NCBI GenBank assembly: GCA_035275545.1
Contig: DATEMP010000272.1
Location: 4,592-68,591 of the forward strand
Length of the DNA: 64,000 nucleotides
Source of the DNA: Candidatus Eiseniibacteriota bacterium
GTDB lineage: Bacteria > Eisenbacteria > RBG-16-71-46
Reading direction: 5' to 3'
Under the pieces are notes generated by a model. It did not search any database, was not told where the DNA came from, and worked only from the letters and a program-made list of their open reading frames with translations. Within the stretch, counting starts at the first letter, position 1. Every line of letters begins with the position of its first letter. The translations under genes and the position numbers were made by a program. Shown piece by piece: positions 1 through 10,064 of this stretch.

Positions 1-1617
1 GTCGAGCAGGAACCCGAACTTCTGGTACGCCTCTTCGCGCGAGAGTCCGATCACCTTCATCACCCGCTCCTGGATGTCGGTGCGGTGGATGCGGATCGAG
101 CCCGAGCCGAGCTCGGTGCCGTTCAGCACCATGTCGTAGAGCTGGGCGTGCACCTTGCCGGGATCGGTCTCGAGCAGCTCGAGATGCTCGGCGTTGGGCA
201 TGGTGAACATGTGGTGGCGGGGCGCCCAGCGCTTGGCTTCGGGGTCGAACTCGAAGAGCGGGAACTCGCGCACCCAGAGGAAGCGCCACTCGTTCTCCTT
301 GCCCTTGAGCAACGGCTGCCCGAGCTGAGAGCGCAGCACGCCGAGCGCCTTGAGGGTCTGCTCCCAGGGACCGGAGGTGAACAGCACGGCGTCTCCCTGC
401 TGCGCCTTCACGGCGCGCAGGAACTCGTCGAGCAGCCCGTCCGGGAAGATCACCTGCTGCTTCTCGCGGTCGGCGTCCTGCACCTTGAAGAACGTGAGGC
501 CGCCGCCGCCCGCCTCCTTGACCACGTCCTCGTACTTGCGGAGCTGGGTGCCCGAGATCTCGGCCCCGCCCGGCACCACCATCGCCGCGCCCACGCCACC
601 CTCCGCGGCGGCGCCGGAGGCGACCACGCGCCGCGGCGAGCGGGCGCAGATCGAGGTGACGTCGACGAACTCGAGGCCGAAGCGGGTGTCGGGCTTGTCG
701 GTGCCGAACCGCATCATCGACTCGCGGAAGGTGATGCGCGGGAACGGCCGCTTGACCTCGATGCCCAGGCATTCGCGCCACAGCGTCACCATCAGCCCCT
801 CGACCGCCGCGAACACCTCGTCCTCGGTCACGAACGAGAGCTCGAGATCGATCTGGGTGTGCTCGGGCTGGCGGTCGGCGCGCAGGTCCTCGTCGCGCAG
901 GCAGCGCGCGAACTGGAAGTAGCGGTCGCAGCCGGCGATCATGAGGGTCTGCTTGTAGAGCTGCGGCGACTGCGGGAGCGCGTAGAACTTCCCGGGGTGC
1001 ACGCGGCTCGGCACGATGTAGTCGCGTGCGCCCTCGGGCGTGGGCTTGACCAGCACCGGCGTCTCGACCTCGAGGAAGCTCTCGGACGACAGATGCGCGC
1101 GCGCCGCCTGCGCCGCCTTGTGGCGCAGCGCCAGCATCGAAGCGAGCTCGGGACGCCGCAGGTCGAGGAACCGATAGCGCAGCCGGAGATCCTCGTTCGC
1201 GAGGTGCATCTCCTCGTTGACCTGGAACGGCAGCGGTGCGGCCGCCGCCAGGATGCGCAGCTCGCGCGCCTCGATCTCGATCTCCCCGGTGTGCAGTTCG
1301 GGGTTCACCGAGTCGCGCGGCCGGAGCGCGGTCGGGCCGCGCGCCGCGATCACCCATTCGTTGCCGAGCAGCCCGGCGCGCGCCATGACGTCGGCGCCAC
1401 ATAGCTCAGGCCGGAACACCACCTGGGTGATGCCATAGCGGTCGCGCAGGTCCACGAACAGCACGCCGCCGTGGTCGCGCACCCGGTGCACCCAGCCCAT
1501 GAGGATCGCCTTGGTGTTCGCGTCGGAGCGGGTCAGCTCGCCGCAGGTGTGCGTGCGGCGCCAGTCGCCGAGACCTTCGAGCGTCACACCCAGGCCGGTG
1601 GTGCCGGTCTCGGTCAC
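1..1617 (-). CDS. aspS: Aspartyl-tRNA synthetase (3' end runs off the window start)
   Basis: Minus-strand translation gives VTETGTTGLGV...RTHTCGEL...FLEVETPVL...QSPQLYKQ...FDLVLNGTELGSGSIRIH, which are class II AspRS motifs. The GTG start at 1617..1615 overlaps the hisS stop as GTGA. This ORF is absent from the supplied track because its stop lies outside the window. Confidence 0.85.
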   Translation of the reverse strand, partial: MTETGTTGLGVTLEGLGDWRRTHTCGELTRSDANTKAILMGWVHRVRDHGGVLFVDLRDRYGITQVVFRPELCGADVMARAGLLGNEWVIAARGPTALRPRDSVNPELHTGEIEIEARELRILAAAAPLPFQVNEEMHLANEDLRLRYRFLDLRRPELASMLALRHKAAQAARAHLSSESFLEVETPVLVKPTPEGARDYIVPSRVHPGKFYALPQSPQLYKQTLMIAGCDRYFQFARCLRDEDLRADRQPEHTQIDLELSFVTEDEVFAAVEGLMVTLWRECLGIEVKRPFPRITFRESMMRFGTDKPDTRFGLEFVDVTSICARSPRRVVASGAAAEGGVGAAMVVPGGAEISGTQLRKYEDVVKEAGGGGLTFFKVQDADREKQQVIFPDGLLDEFLRAVKAQQGDAVLFTSGPWEQTLKALGVLRSQLGQPLLKGKENEWRFLWVREFPLFEFDPEAKRWAPRHHMFTMPNAEHLELLETDPGKVHAQLYDMVLNGTELGSGSIRIHRTDIQERVMKVIGLSREEAYQKFGFLLD

Positions 1618-2918
1618 GGCTGCTCCACGATCTGGGTCTCGCCCAGCAGCAGGCGATCGAGCGCTTCGACGATGCCTTCGAGCGAGACGGTCTGCTGGGC
1701 GCCGGACTTGAGGTCCTTGAGCACCACCTCGCCGCGCTGCCACTCCTCCTCGCCGAGGATCATCACCGCGCGCGCGCCGCTCTTGTCGGCGGCCTTCATC
1801 TGCGCGTTGACCCCGCGCGACTCGAGGTCGTAGTCGACGATGTACACCTGCCGGAGCGCGCGCGCCAGCATCGGCGCCACCAGCCGCGTGCCCTCCATCG
1901 CCACCAGGTAGACGCCGCCGCCCGCGGGCTCGGGCGCATAGCCCTTCTCCTCGACCATGAGCAGCACGCGGTCGAGCCCGATCGAGAACCCGACCCCGGG
2001 GGTGGACGGACCGCCGAGCGCCTCGATAAGCCCGTCGTAGCGCCCGCCGCCGCCCAGCGCGCTCTGGGCGCCGAGCGAGCCGTCGTGCACCTCGAACGCG
2101 GTGCGCGTGTAGTAGTCGAGCCCGCGCACCAGGCCGTGATCGAGCGTGTACGGGATGCCGAGCGCCTTGAGCCCCGCCTGCACGGCGTCGAAGTGGACGC
2201 GGCTCTCGTCGTCGAGCACGTCGAGCAGGCGCGGCAGCGGCCCCAGGTCTCCCCCGCCGTGCAGCAGCTGGATCTCCTCGGGGTCCTTGGTGTCGAGCAC
2301 GCGCAGCGGATTGGTCTCGAGCCGCGCGCGGGAATCGGCGCCCAGGCGTTCGCGCGCGGGTGCCAGCCACTCGCGCAGTCGCTCGGCGTAGCGCGCGCGC
2401 GTCTCCGGCGTGCCGAGGCTGTTGAGCGACACGGTGAGATCCTTGAAGCCCCACGCGTCGAACAGATCCACGAACAGCGCGATGATCTCGACGTCGGCGC
2501 CCGGGGCGGCGGTGCCGATGATCTCGGCGCCCACCTGCCAGAACTGGCGGTAGCGGCCCTTCTGCGGCCGGCCGTAGCGGAACATCGGCCCCAGGTACCA
2601 CAGGCGGTGGATGCGCCCCTGCTGGGCCATCCCGTGCTGGAGGTAGGCGCGGCCCACGCTCGCCGTGCCCTCGGGGCGCAGCGCCAGGTCGCGATCGCCC
2701 TGGTCGCGGAAGCGATACATCTCCTTCTGCACCACCTCGGTCGCATCTCCCGAGGTGCGGGCGAACAGATCGTACTCCTCGAACAGCGGGGTTCGGATCT
2801 CGCGGTAGCTGTAGTGCTCGAGCACCTCGCGGGCGCGCGCCTCGGCCCACTGCCAGCGCTCGATCTCGCCCGGCAGGATGTCGCGGGTGCCGCGCGGCGC
2901 CTGGTGCTTGAGGCTCAC
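1614..2918 (-). CDS. hisS: Histidyl-tRNA synthetase
   Basis: 434-aa ORF whose translation shows RGTRDILPGE, GPMFRYGRPQKGRYRQF and GGGRYDGL, the canonical HisRS motifs. Confidence 0.95.
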   Translation of the reverse strand: MSLKHQAPRGTRDILPGEIERWQWAEARAREVLEHYSYREIRTPLFEEYDLFARTSGDATEVVQKEMYRFRDQGDRDLALRPEGTASVGRAYLQHGMAQQGRIHRLWYLGPMFRYGRPQKGRYRQFWQVGAEIIGTAAPGADVEIIALFVDLFDAWGFKDLTVSLNSLGTPETRARYAERLREWLAPARERLGADSRARLETNPLRVLDTKDPEEIQLLHGGGDLGPLPRLLDVLDDESRVHFDAVQAGLKALGIPYTLDHGLVRGLDYYTRTAFEVHDGSLGAQSALGGGGRYDGLIEALGGPSTPGVGFSIGLDRVLLMVEEKGYAPEPAGGGVYLVAMEGTRLVAPMLARALRQVYIVDYDLESRGVNAQMKAADKSGARAVMILGEEEWQRGEVVLKDLKSGAQQTVSLEGIVEALDRLLLGETQIVEQP

Positions 2919-2924
2919 GGCCGG

Positions 2925-3299
2925 CTACTCCCGCACCACGAACAGGTAGAGCACCTGGGCGAACAGGAGCCCGGTGGTGTCGGCGAGCAGATCGTTGACG
3001 CTCGACTGGCGGTTCGGCACGAACTGCTGCAAGAACTCATCGGATGCTCCCACGCCCACGCCGATCGCCAGCGCGATCAGCGCGCTCCTGAGCGGTACCG
3101 GCACCCCGAAGCTCTTCCGCACCGCACGGATGAGCAGCACGCCGAGGATCAGGTACTCGAACACGTGAACCGCCTTGTCGGCGTTGGGGAACAGCATCGG
3201 CACCTGGAACGTGGGCTGCGAGCCCATGAACTGGACCAGTCCCAGGTAGGCGATGACGGGCAGCCAGTAGCGCAGGAACAGCTCCAGGCGGCGCCGCAT
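2925..3299 (-). CDS. VanZ-like family membrane protein
   Basis: The C-terminal segment DEFLQQFVPNRQSSVNDLLADTTG resembles the VanZ family signature. An internal ATG (MRRRLELF) was chosen because the listed 5' extension looks non-coding. Confidence 0.55.
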   Translation of the reverse strand: MRRRLELFLRYWLPVIAYLGLVQFMGSQPTFQVPMLFPNADKAVHVFEYLILGVLLIRAVRKSFGVPVPLRSALIALAIGVGVGASDEFLQQFVPNRQSSVNDLLADTTGLLFAQVLYLFVVRE

Positions 3300-3458
3300 C
3301 GCGATGCGATCCACCAACGCGCATTCCTCCCAAGGGTTGCGACGAAAAATGGAGCGCAGGATAGCACAGGGCCGGGTGTTACAGTCCCCGATCACGACCA
3401 GCATGACCCGTATCCGGCTCTAGCGCTTCTACCCCGCCGAGGACGTTCCCCCTCCACG

Positions 3459-5000
3459 ATGCAACCTCGGAAGCTGGTGCGTGATTCCATCGGCTACGCG
3501 TTCGCGCAGTACTTCGTGCGCGCGACGCTGATGGTGCGCGGCCTGGTCGCCGCCCGATTCCTCGGGCCCGAGGCGTGGGGCTCGTGGAACGCCATCCAGC
3601 TGCTCATGGATTCGGCGCCGCTCGCCGGGCTCGGCACGCAGCAGGGGCTGGACCAGGCGGTCCCTCCGGCGATCGTCGCCGGGGATCCGGTGGCGCTGGA
3701 CCGGGTGAAGCGCGCGGCCCTGTTCAACACCGTGCTGCTGACCGGCGGATTCGTCGTCGCCTGCCTGCTCGCCATGGCGTACGGCGGCGGCATCATCCTG
3801 CACTCCTGGGGCTACCTGGGGATCGGCGCCGCGGCGGTCTGCATCTTCACCACCAACCTCGCCTACTACCAGTCCTCGATCATGCGCTCGCATGGCAATA
3901 TCGGCACGGCAAGCGGCTGGCTGCTCATCCAGGGCGGCGTCGGGGCGAGCCTGGGATTGCTGTTGCTGCCCGGTCTGCACGTGTGGGGGTTGCTCGCGGG
4001 CTGGATGGCCGGCTGCCTGGCCGCGTTCGCCTTCTCGATCGCGCGTTCGCGCGCCCACGCACCGCTGGCCCCGCGGCCGGCGACGGAATCCCTCGAGCTC
4101 CTGCAGGTCGGATTCCCGATGTACGTCTTCAACGTCTCGTCCAAGCTCCTCATGCGGATGCTCGATCGACTCGTCATCCTGCACTACTTCAACCTCACGG
4201 CCCTCGGCTACTACAGCCTCTCCGCCACGGCGCTCGCCCTCCTCATGAACATCCCGGACTCGATCACGTTCGTGATGTACCCGCGGCTGCTGCGCCAGTT
4301 CAGCGAGGGCGGCCGGGACATCGCATCGATCCGGCCGCGGGTCGAGCGGGTGCTGTGGATGTTCGCGGTGATCCTGCCGCCAGTGTGCGGTGTCGCGTAC
4401 CTGTGCTCGCAGCCGGCGGTCGTGCTGCTCCTGCCCGGCTACGCCCCCGGCGTCACCGCCATGAAGGTGCTGTGCTTCGGTGCCGTGGGGCTCGCGTTTG
4501 CAGGGTTCGCCTCGATCGTGCTCATGACGCTCGGGCGCCAGCGGATGATGATCCCGGCGGCCCTCGCCGGCCTCGCGATCTATGCCGGGTTCGACGTGTT
4601 CGCGGCCAGGACCTGGCACACGATCACGTCGGTCGCGTGGGCGACCCTGCTCGCATATGCGACGCACAGCATCGTGGTGCTGGCGCTGGCGCTCCTGGGG
4701 CTCGGCATGAGGGACCGTCGGCTGATCACCACCATGACGGGCCTCCACCTGCCGCTGGCTCTTGCGCTCGTGCTGTCGATCGCCCTCGATCGATTCCTTC
4801 CGTGGGCCGATCGCCCGGGCGTCGCGTGGACCCTGGCGAGGCTCGGGACCAGCCTGGTGGCGTTCGTGGCCGCCTACCTCGCGGTCCTCTATCCCGCGAT
4901 CCGGGGCACGGGCATGCTGGAGGCGATCTCGGAGCTCGACCTTCCCGCGATCAGCCCGCTCGCGCGGCGGCTGGTGCGTGAGCGCCGGGGGCGATCGTGA
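3459..5000 (+). CDS. Polysaccharide biosynthesis flippase (Wzx-like, MOP superfamily)
   Basis: Polytopic membrane protein of ~513 aa starting MQPRKLVRDSIGYAFAQY, with the general features of O-antigen/EPS flippases. The ATG lies inside the 971-aa listed frame, and the upstream part is antisense to VanZ/hisS. Confidence 0.65.
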   Translation: MQPRKLVRDSIGYAFAQYFVRATLMVRGLVAARFLGPEAWGSWNAIQLLMDSAPLAGLGTQQGLDQAVPPAIVAGDPVALDRVKRAALFNTVLLTGGFVVACLLAMAYGGGIILHSWGYLGIGAAAVCIFTTNLAYYQSSIMRSHGNIGTASGWLLIQGGVGASLGLLLLPGLHVWGLLAGWMAGCLAAFAFSIARSRAHAPLAPRPATESLELLQVGFPMYVFNVSSKLLMRMLDRLVILHYFNLTALGYYSLSATALALLMNIPDSITFVMYPRLLRQFSEGGRDIASIRPRVERVLWMFAVILPPVCGVAYLCSQPAVVLLLPGYAPGVTAMKVLCFGAVGLAFAGFASIVLMTLGRQRMMIPAALAGLAIYAGFDVFAARTWHTITSVAWATLLAYATHSIVVLALALLGLGMRDRRLITTMTGLHLPLALALVLSIALDRFLPWADRPGVAWTLARLGTSLVAFVAAYLAVLYPAIRGTGMLEAISELDLPAISPLARRLVRERRGRS

Positions 5001-6157
5001 GCGCCGGCAGCCGCGGTCGGATCGCCCTGCACGTGCCGGACTGCTACCCGATCGTGAGCGGTGGCAGGATCCCGCTCGCCGGCGGCATCGAGGTGCATGC
5101 GCTCCTGCTCGCTATCGGGCTGGCACGACGCGGCTTCGACGTCAGCGTCATCGCCTGCGACTACGGCCAGCCCGACGGGCTGGTGGTCGACGGCGTGCGC
5201 CTGATTCGTACCTTCCGGCCGCGCGATGGTCTGCGGGTGCTGCGCTTCTTCCACCCCCGGCTCTCGCTGACGATCGGCGCGCTGCGCCGCGCGGACGCGG
5301 ACGTTTATGTGGCTCAGGGTGCCGGCATGTACGCGGGGCTGGTCTGCGACGTGGCCCGTGCGATGAGGCGGCCGTTCGTGTTCATGGCCGCGCACGAGTT
5401 CGACCTGCAACCCACGCTGCCGCGGATCCACGGGCCACGCGACCGGCTCTGGTACCGGCGCGCCCTGGCCGGCGCCCGCTCGATCGTCGTCCAGACCGAA
5501 AGGCAGCGCACCCTGCTCCGCACGTCGTTCGGAAGGGAGGGCATCGTGCTCATGAACCCCGTCGACATCCCGGACCAGCCGGCCGACCCGGCGGCCAGTC
5601 GGCGCGTCGTGTGGCTGGCGACCTACAAGCCCTCCAAGCGTCCCGAGTGGTTCACCCGGCTTGCGGAGCGCCATCCCGAGCTGGAATGCGTCATGGGGGG
5701 CGTGGTGCCCACGCCTCCCCTTTCGGAATACGACTACCAGGCCGCCCTCGCCGTGGCCGGGCGCTGCCGGAATCTGGAGGTGAACGGAACCATCCCCCAC
5801 GAGCGCGTCGGCGAGTTCCTGCGCGGGGCCGGGTTGTTCGCGCACTCGTCGCCCGCCGAAGGCTTCCCCAATACGTTCCTCGAGGCGTGGAGCTGCGGCC
5901 TTCCCACCGTGACCTGCTTCGATCCGGACGGAATCATCGCCCGCGAGCGGCTCGGCGAGCGCCAGGACACCTTCGAGGGCTGGGAAGCCGCGGTGCTGCG
6001 CTGGATCGACGATCCGCCGTCCCGGGCCGAGGCGGGATCACGCGCACGCACGTACGCACGCCGCGTGCACGGCTCGGGCGAGATCCTGGATCGCTTCGCC
6101 GACGAGATGGACCGACTGGTGGCGCTTCGTCGCGGCCACCGACGCGGCGCGGGTTAG
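4997..6157 (+). CDS. GT4-family glycosyltransferase
   Basis: The C-terminal EGFPNTFLEAWSCGLPTV segment is the classic GT4 E-x7-E motif. The GTG start overlaps the flippase stop as GTGA. Confidence 0.8.
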   Translation: MSAGSRGRIALHVPDCYPIVSGGRIPLAGGIEVHALLLAIGLARRGFDVSVIACDYGQPDGLVVDGVRLIRTFRPRDGLRVLRFFHPRLSLTIGALRRADADVYVAQGAGMYAGLVCDVARAMRRPFVFMAAHEFDLQPTLPRIHGPRDRLWYRRALAGARSIVVQTERQRTLLRTSFGREGIVLMNPVDIPDQPADPAASRRVVWLATYKPSKRPEWFTRLAERHPELECVMGGVVPTPPLSEYDYQAALAVAGRCRNLEVNGTIPHERVGEFLRGAGLFAHSSPAEGFPNTFLEAWSCGLPTVTCFDPDGIIARERLGERQDTFEGWEAAVLRWIDDPPSRAEAGSRARTYARRVHGSGEILDRFADEMDRLVALRRGHRRGAG

Positions 6158-6558
6158 CGGCGGTCCGCGCGGCCCAGGAGCGCGTGGGTGGCGTAGGCGA
6201 GCGCCCACAGCACCGGCAGCCAGAAGGTGAACGTGATCCCCCACCAGACCCCGAGCACGGTCTGGATCACGACCGCGTGCGGGATGCGGTTCGGGATTAA
6301 CCGCGCGGCGTCCGCGATCCCCACCGCGAGCGCGAACAATCCGGAGGCGAGGTAAAGACTCACGAGCGCGAGCGCGATCCGGGATGCAGGCGCGCGGCTC
6401 CGCCATCCGCGGAACGCCCAGGCGATGAGCGCGCCGATCAATGGCGCCGCCGCCACCCCCGCCCACACGAACGGCCCCAGCATCTGACCCGTGATCGCGA
6501 GGCCGATCGCGCCCCACACCACGCCGGCGAGAAGTCCGGGCAGCAGCGTCCGCCGCAT
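6154..6558 (-). CDS. Small integral membrane protein (hypothetical)
   Basis: Hydrophobic ~134-aa product from an internal ATG (MRRTLLPGLLAGVVWG). Its start overlaps the upstream gene's stop as ATGA. Confidence 0.4.
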   Translation of the reverse strand: MRRTLLPGLLAGVVWGAIGLAITGQMLGPFVWAGVAAAPLIGALIAWAFRGWRSRAPASRIALALVSLYLASGLFALAVGIADAARLIPNRIPHAVVIQTVLGVWWGITFTFWLPVLWALAYATHALLGRADRR

Positions 6559-6977
6559 CAGCCGGTGAGCAGCAGCCGCACGAGGCGCAGGATGTGCCAG
6601 AGGTTCAGCAGCACCGCGGCCAGGCCGCAGGCGATGAGGAGTATCCGGCGCGGGTCCGGCTGCGCGCGGGCCGAGAGCGCCACCACCGAGCCCAGGCACA
6701 CGCCGCCGACCCCGAGCGCCGCGGCCGCGAACCCCATCGCCAGCATCGCCGGCCACATCAGGATCCAGATGAAGTTCTCACTCGACACGTGCGAGAGCCG
6801 CTCGATCAACGCCACCGTCAGCCAACCGGCCACCGCGAATCCGAACGCGCCGAACAGGCCGACCTTCGCGATCTCGGCGGCGTGGCGCTTCCACCACAGC
6901 CACGCGGCGCGCCCCAGGACGAACGCAACGATCGCGAAGCCGAGCAGGAACAGCAGCTCACGCAGGGCATCGGGCAT
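6558..6977 (-). CDS. Small integral membrane protein (hypothetical)
   Basis: 139 aa with four predicted TM segments, co-oriented with the previous gene and translationally coupled to it. Confidence 0.45.
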   Translation of the reverse strand: MPDALRELLFLLGFAIVAFVLGRAAWLWWKRHAAEIAKVGLFGAFGFAVAGWLTVALIERLSHVSSENFIWILMWPAMLAMGFAAAALGVGGVCLGSVVALSARAQPDPRRILLIACGLAAVLLNLWHILRLVRLLLTG

Positions 6978-6989
6978 CGGCCCGGCAGT

Positions 6990-9950
6990 CTACCGCACGA
7001 TCGACGCTCGCACGCTCGCTTGCTGCGCGCCCTGCACCAGCCGCACGGTGTAGATGCCGGCAGGCAGATCGCGCCCGGTGTCCAGGCGGATGCGATGGGC
7101 TCCGGGGCCGAGATCGCCGACCTCGCGTGCCATCACCGATCGGCCCGCGACGTCGAACAGCTCGAGCCGGGCGTCCCCGCGCGACGGCAGCGAGAACGCG
7201 ACCTCGAGCTCGCGCGACAGCGGATTCGGGGCGATCCCGGCGATCTCGAAGCGCGCGGCCACCGGCACCTCCACCCAGGCATCGCCGGTGTAGTCGACCT
7301 CGGCGCCATGCCGCAGCTCGAGCCGGTAGGCGTAGCGCGTTCCGGGTGCGATGGTCCGGTCCTCGAAGCGAACCTCCGCCCCCGCCGGGCTTCCCTGGCC
7401 GAGGAGTGTCCATTCGGAATCGCGCGTGCGCCGCCATACGCCGGCCGGCGCCCAGGACGGGTCGCCAACCGACCACAGCAGCGTCACCCGCTCGAGCGAC
7501 GCCTGCGCCGACACCAGGGACGCGAGCACCGGCGTGGCAATGTCCCGGCACCGGATCACCGTGAAACAGGTGTCCTCGTCGCCGGGGATGAAGGGATCGG
7601 AGGTGATCCAGCGCAGGATCGACGAGTCGCCGTTGCAGCTCACGGCGTGCACCATCGCATGGAGCTGGAGCGGGGCCCCGATCGGGAGCGTCTGCGAGCC
7701 GCTGGCGGCGGGCGACACCGAGGCGATCCAGCCCCGGGTATCCTCGACACGCCACTCCAGCGTGCGCGCGTAGTTGCCGGCGTTCGTGATGCTGAAGTCC
7801 ACCAGGGTATCCACGGCCGCGACCGCGGTCGCGAGCGGCGCGCACAGCGGCGAGAGCGCGTGGTTCGACACGCTCACGAAGATGTCGGGATCGCCGTGGC
7901 GGGTGTCGTTGAACGCCGCGACCACGATGTCGCCGTCCGTGTTGATGCTCTGGTAATCCCCCATGGTGTTTCCGTTGAGCTGATTGCAGTAAGGACCGAG
8001 CCACGTGGACGCGGCGCCGGTGATCCGCCGCGAGGGGCCCCAGGTGACGCCGCCGTCACCCGAGGAGCGCATGAGCTGGCTCGAAGCGAGGCCGCACACC
8101 GGATCGTCACCGAACTCCATCCAGAACGCGTGCACGCGGCCCTTGCCGTCCACGCCGACCGTGGGGTACTGGCCTTGCACGCCCGGCGCCGAGTCGGTGA
8201 GCCGTACCGTGCTCCAGCTGACGCCGTCATCGGACCAGCTCACGAGCTGATCGCGATAGTCGAGCGCGACGTCCGACGGTGTCACCGGAATCTTGGCGGT
8301 GGTGAAGACGTAAGTCGCGGTGTCGGTGGCCGTCCCGTTCAGCTCGAGGTAATAGATCTGGCTGTGGAGCGCGCTGAACAGCACCCCGTTGCTGGTGGCG
8401 GGCGCCCGAACCACCTGCGTCAGCCCTCCCCCTCCCGACGGGCACCAGACACGGGCCTGGAGGCCCGCGCGCGTCGAATCGAGCGAGAAGTCGGGCGCGT
8501 AGATGGTCTCCATGAAGAACGTCTCGCCCGCCTGGAGATCGAGCGCGAACCAGTCGCTCTCGGCGCCGGACTTGACCCCGCGCAGACGGCCGCCGGGCAC
8601 CAGATTCATGGGGTTCGCGGTCGCGGCGGAATTGTTCGGCTCGCTCTCGAACGTGGCGGTCGTGATCGGGATGTTGTCGTCGCGGTAGTTCACGCACGCG
8701 TCGTAGCTGAGGTAGAGACGCCCGCGGTGCGGGCCGTTCGAACGATCGACCGCCATTGCGTGCGGGGTCGCCCCGAAGGCACGCAGGAATCCCATGGGAC
8801 CGTGGAACGAATTGATTCCATAGGCGACCGCAACCACCGTGGGGCCGAACGTGAGGCCGTGATCGTCGGAGCGACGCATCTTGATCTGGCCCACGAAGTC
8901 CGACTCGCACCGATACTCGAGCCAGGAGACCCACACCTCGCCGTTCGCACCGACCGCGATCTGCGACCACTGGCCGCCGCACCCGGGAGGCGCGGGCTCG
9001 GAGATCGTGTGAACCGGCCCGATCGGGGCCAGATCCGCGTTCAGCGCCTGGAACATGACCGAGTTGACGGGCGAGAAGTATGTCCAGCTCACGTACACAT
9101 TCCCGGTCAGGGAGTCGACGCTCATCCACGGCTTGTCGTGGAGCTGGATGGGAGCATTGGGCGGGATGAGCGCGCGAATGTCGGTGGTGAATCCGCCCGG
9201 CCCGAACGAGCCGCGGATCAGCCCGATGCCGCGGGTGGTGGCGGTGCCGTTGCCGATTCCGGCGAGGTAGAAGCGTCCGGTCTTCTGGTTCACCTTGACG
9301 ATCGCATCGCCGAACAAGGATGTGGGAAGCGGGTACGTGCCTCCCGCGTCGGTGAAGGTGAGCCCGCCGTCGGTGGACCAGCCGTAGTTCTGGCGGGTGT
9401 TCGTGCCGCAGTTGGTTTCGCCCTCGTTCCAGCTCGCCACGATGTTCGAGCCGAGCACCGCGACCGCACCCTCGGTCTGGATGAGGGGCAGGTTGCCGCA
9501 TCCGGGGCAGAGGGTCGGATTGCGATCGTTCGCACGGGTGTCGATGCCGACCTCGGGGCCTCCCTGGATGCCCGGAGCGATCCCGGGAGGGCCACGCGTG
9601 GCGATCTCGTCGCCCAGCAACGCGTGCGCGGCGTCCTCACGGCGCATGATCTCGGCGGCCTTCGCGTGCCGGTAGCTCATCGATGCATAGGGCCGGGACG
9701 TCGGCGCCTGGACTTCCTCCTCATCGCCGGGCGAGAGCGCCTGGACGCTCACCGTAGCAGCCACGGGCTCGATCGTGGCGCGCGGTGCGGGTGTCGCGGG
9801 TTTGTGGGCGATCGTCCCGGATGCGACCTGGGCCGGAGGTGGAATGTGCGTCGAACGACCGCGACTGCCGAACACCCAGAACGCGGCCGCGACGACGAGA
9901 ATCGAAAGCAGCGCGAGGGCGAGTGACCGGCTGGAGGGGGTGCGGGGCAT
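6990..9950 (-). CDS. Secreted BNR/sialidase-like repeat protein with C-terminal FlgD-Ig/Por-type sorting domain
   Basis: 986 aa with an N-terminal signal/TM segment and several S-x-D-x-G-x-T-W-like BNR motifs (SDDHGLTFG, SGDGGVTWG, STDGGLTF). The C-terminus LELFDVAGRSV...GIYTVRL matches the FlgD-Ig / T9SS-type sorting domain pattern. Confidence 0.7.
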   Translation of the reverse strand: MPRTPSSRSLALALLSILVVAAAFWVFGSRGRSTHIPPPAQVASGTIAHKPATPAPRATIEPVAATVSVQALSPGDEEEVQAPTSRPYASMSYRHAKAAEIMRREDAAHALLGDEIATRGPPGIAPGIQGGPEVGIDTRANDRNPTLCPGCGNLPLIQTEGAVAVLGSNIVASWNEGETNCGTNTRQNYGWSTDGGLTFTDAGGTYPLPTSLFGDAIVKVNQKTGRFYLAGIGNGTATTRGIGLIRGSFGPGGFTTDIRALIPPNAPIQLHDKPWMSVDSLTGNVYVSWTYFSPVNSVMFQALNADLAPIGPVHTISEPAPPGCGGQWSQIAVGANGEVWVSWLEYRCESDFVGQIKMRRSDDHGLTFGPTVVAVAYGINSFHGPMGFLRAFGATPHAMAVDRSNGPHRGRLYLSYDACVNYRDDNIPITTATFESEPNNSAATANPMNLVPGGRLRGVKSGAESDWFALDLQAGETFFMETIYAPDFSLDSTRAGLQARVWCPSGGGGLTQVVRAPATSNGVLFSALHSQIYYLELNGTATDTATYVFTTAKIPVTPSDVALDYRDQLVSWSDDGVSWSTVRLTDSAPGVQGQYPTVGVDGKGRVHAFWMEFGDDPVCGLASSQLMRSSGDGGVTWGPSRRITGAASTWLGPYCNQLNGNTMGDYQSINTDGDIVVAAFNDTRHGDPDIFVSVSNHALSPLCAPLATAVAAVDTLVDFSITNAGNYARTLEWRVEDTRGWIASVSPAASGSQTLPIGAPLQLHAMVHAVSCNGDSSILRWITSDPFIPGDEDTCFTVIRCRDIATPVLASLVSAQASLERVTLLWSVGDPSWAPAGVWRRTRDSEWTLLGQGSPAGAEVRFEDRTIAPGTRYAYRLELRHGAEVDYTGDAWVEVPVAARFEIAGIAPNPLSRELEVAFSLPSRGDARLELFDVAGRSVMAREVGDLGPGAHRIRLDTGRDLPAGIYTVRLVQGAQQASVRASIVR

Positions 9951-10064
9951 CGCGGGATCCTCACGAGGAATTGTGGAGTCCGCACCGGGGGGGTCTGAAA
10001 ACCTTAGCCGCGAGTGGCCCGCCGATCTACTGGAATGTCCACGAGCGGGGCATGGCGAGCGACG

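Noticed and set aside
85-1404. 439-aa plus-strand ORF
   Set aside because: Antisense shadow of aspS. The minus-strand translation gives unambiguous AspRS motifs, while the product of this ORF is low-complexity (Ala/Arg/Leu/Gly-rich).
6594-9926. 1110-aa plus-strand ORF (plus 7133-8230 and others)
   Set aside because: Antisense to the BNR/sorting-domain gene. The composition is typical of GC-rich non-coding frames (R/G/A/P runs).
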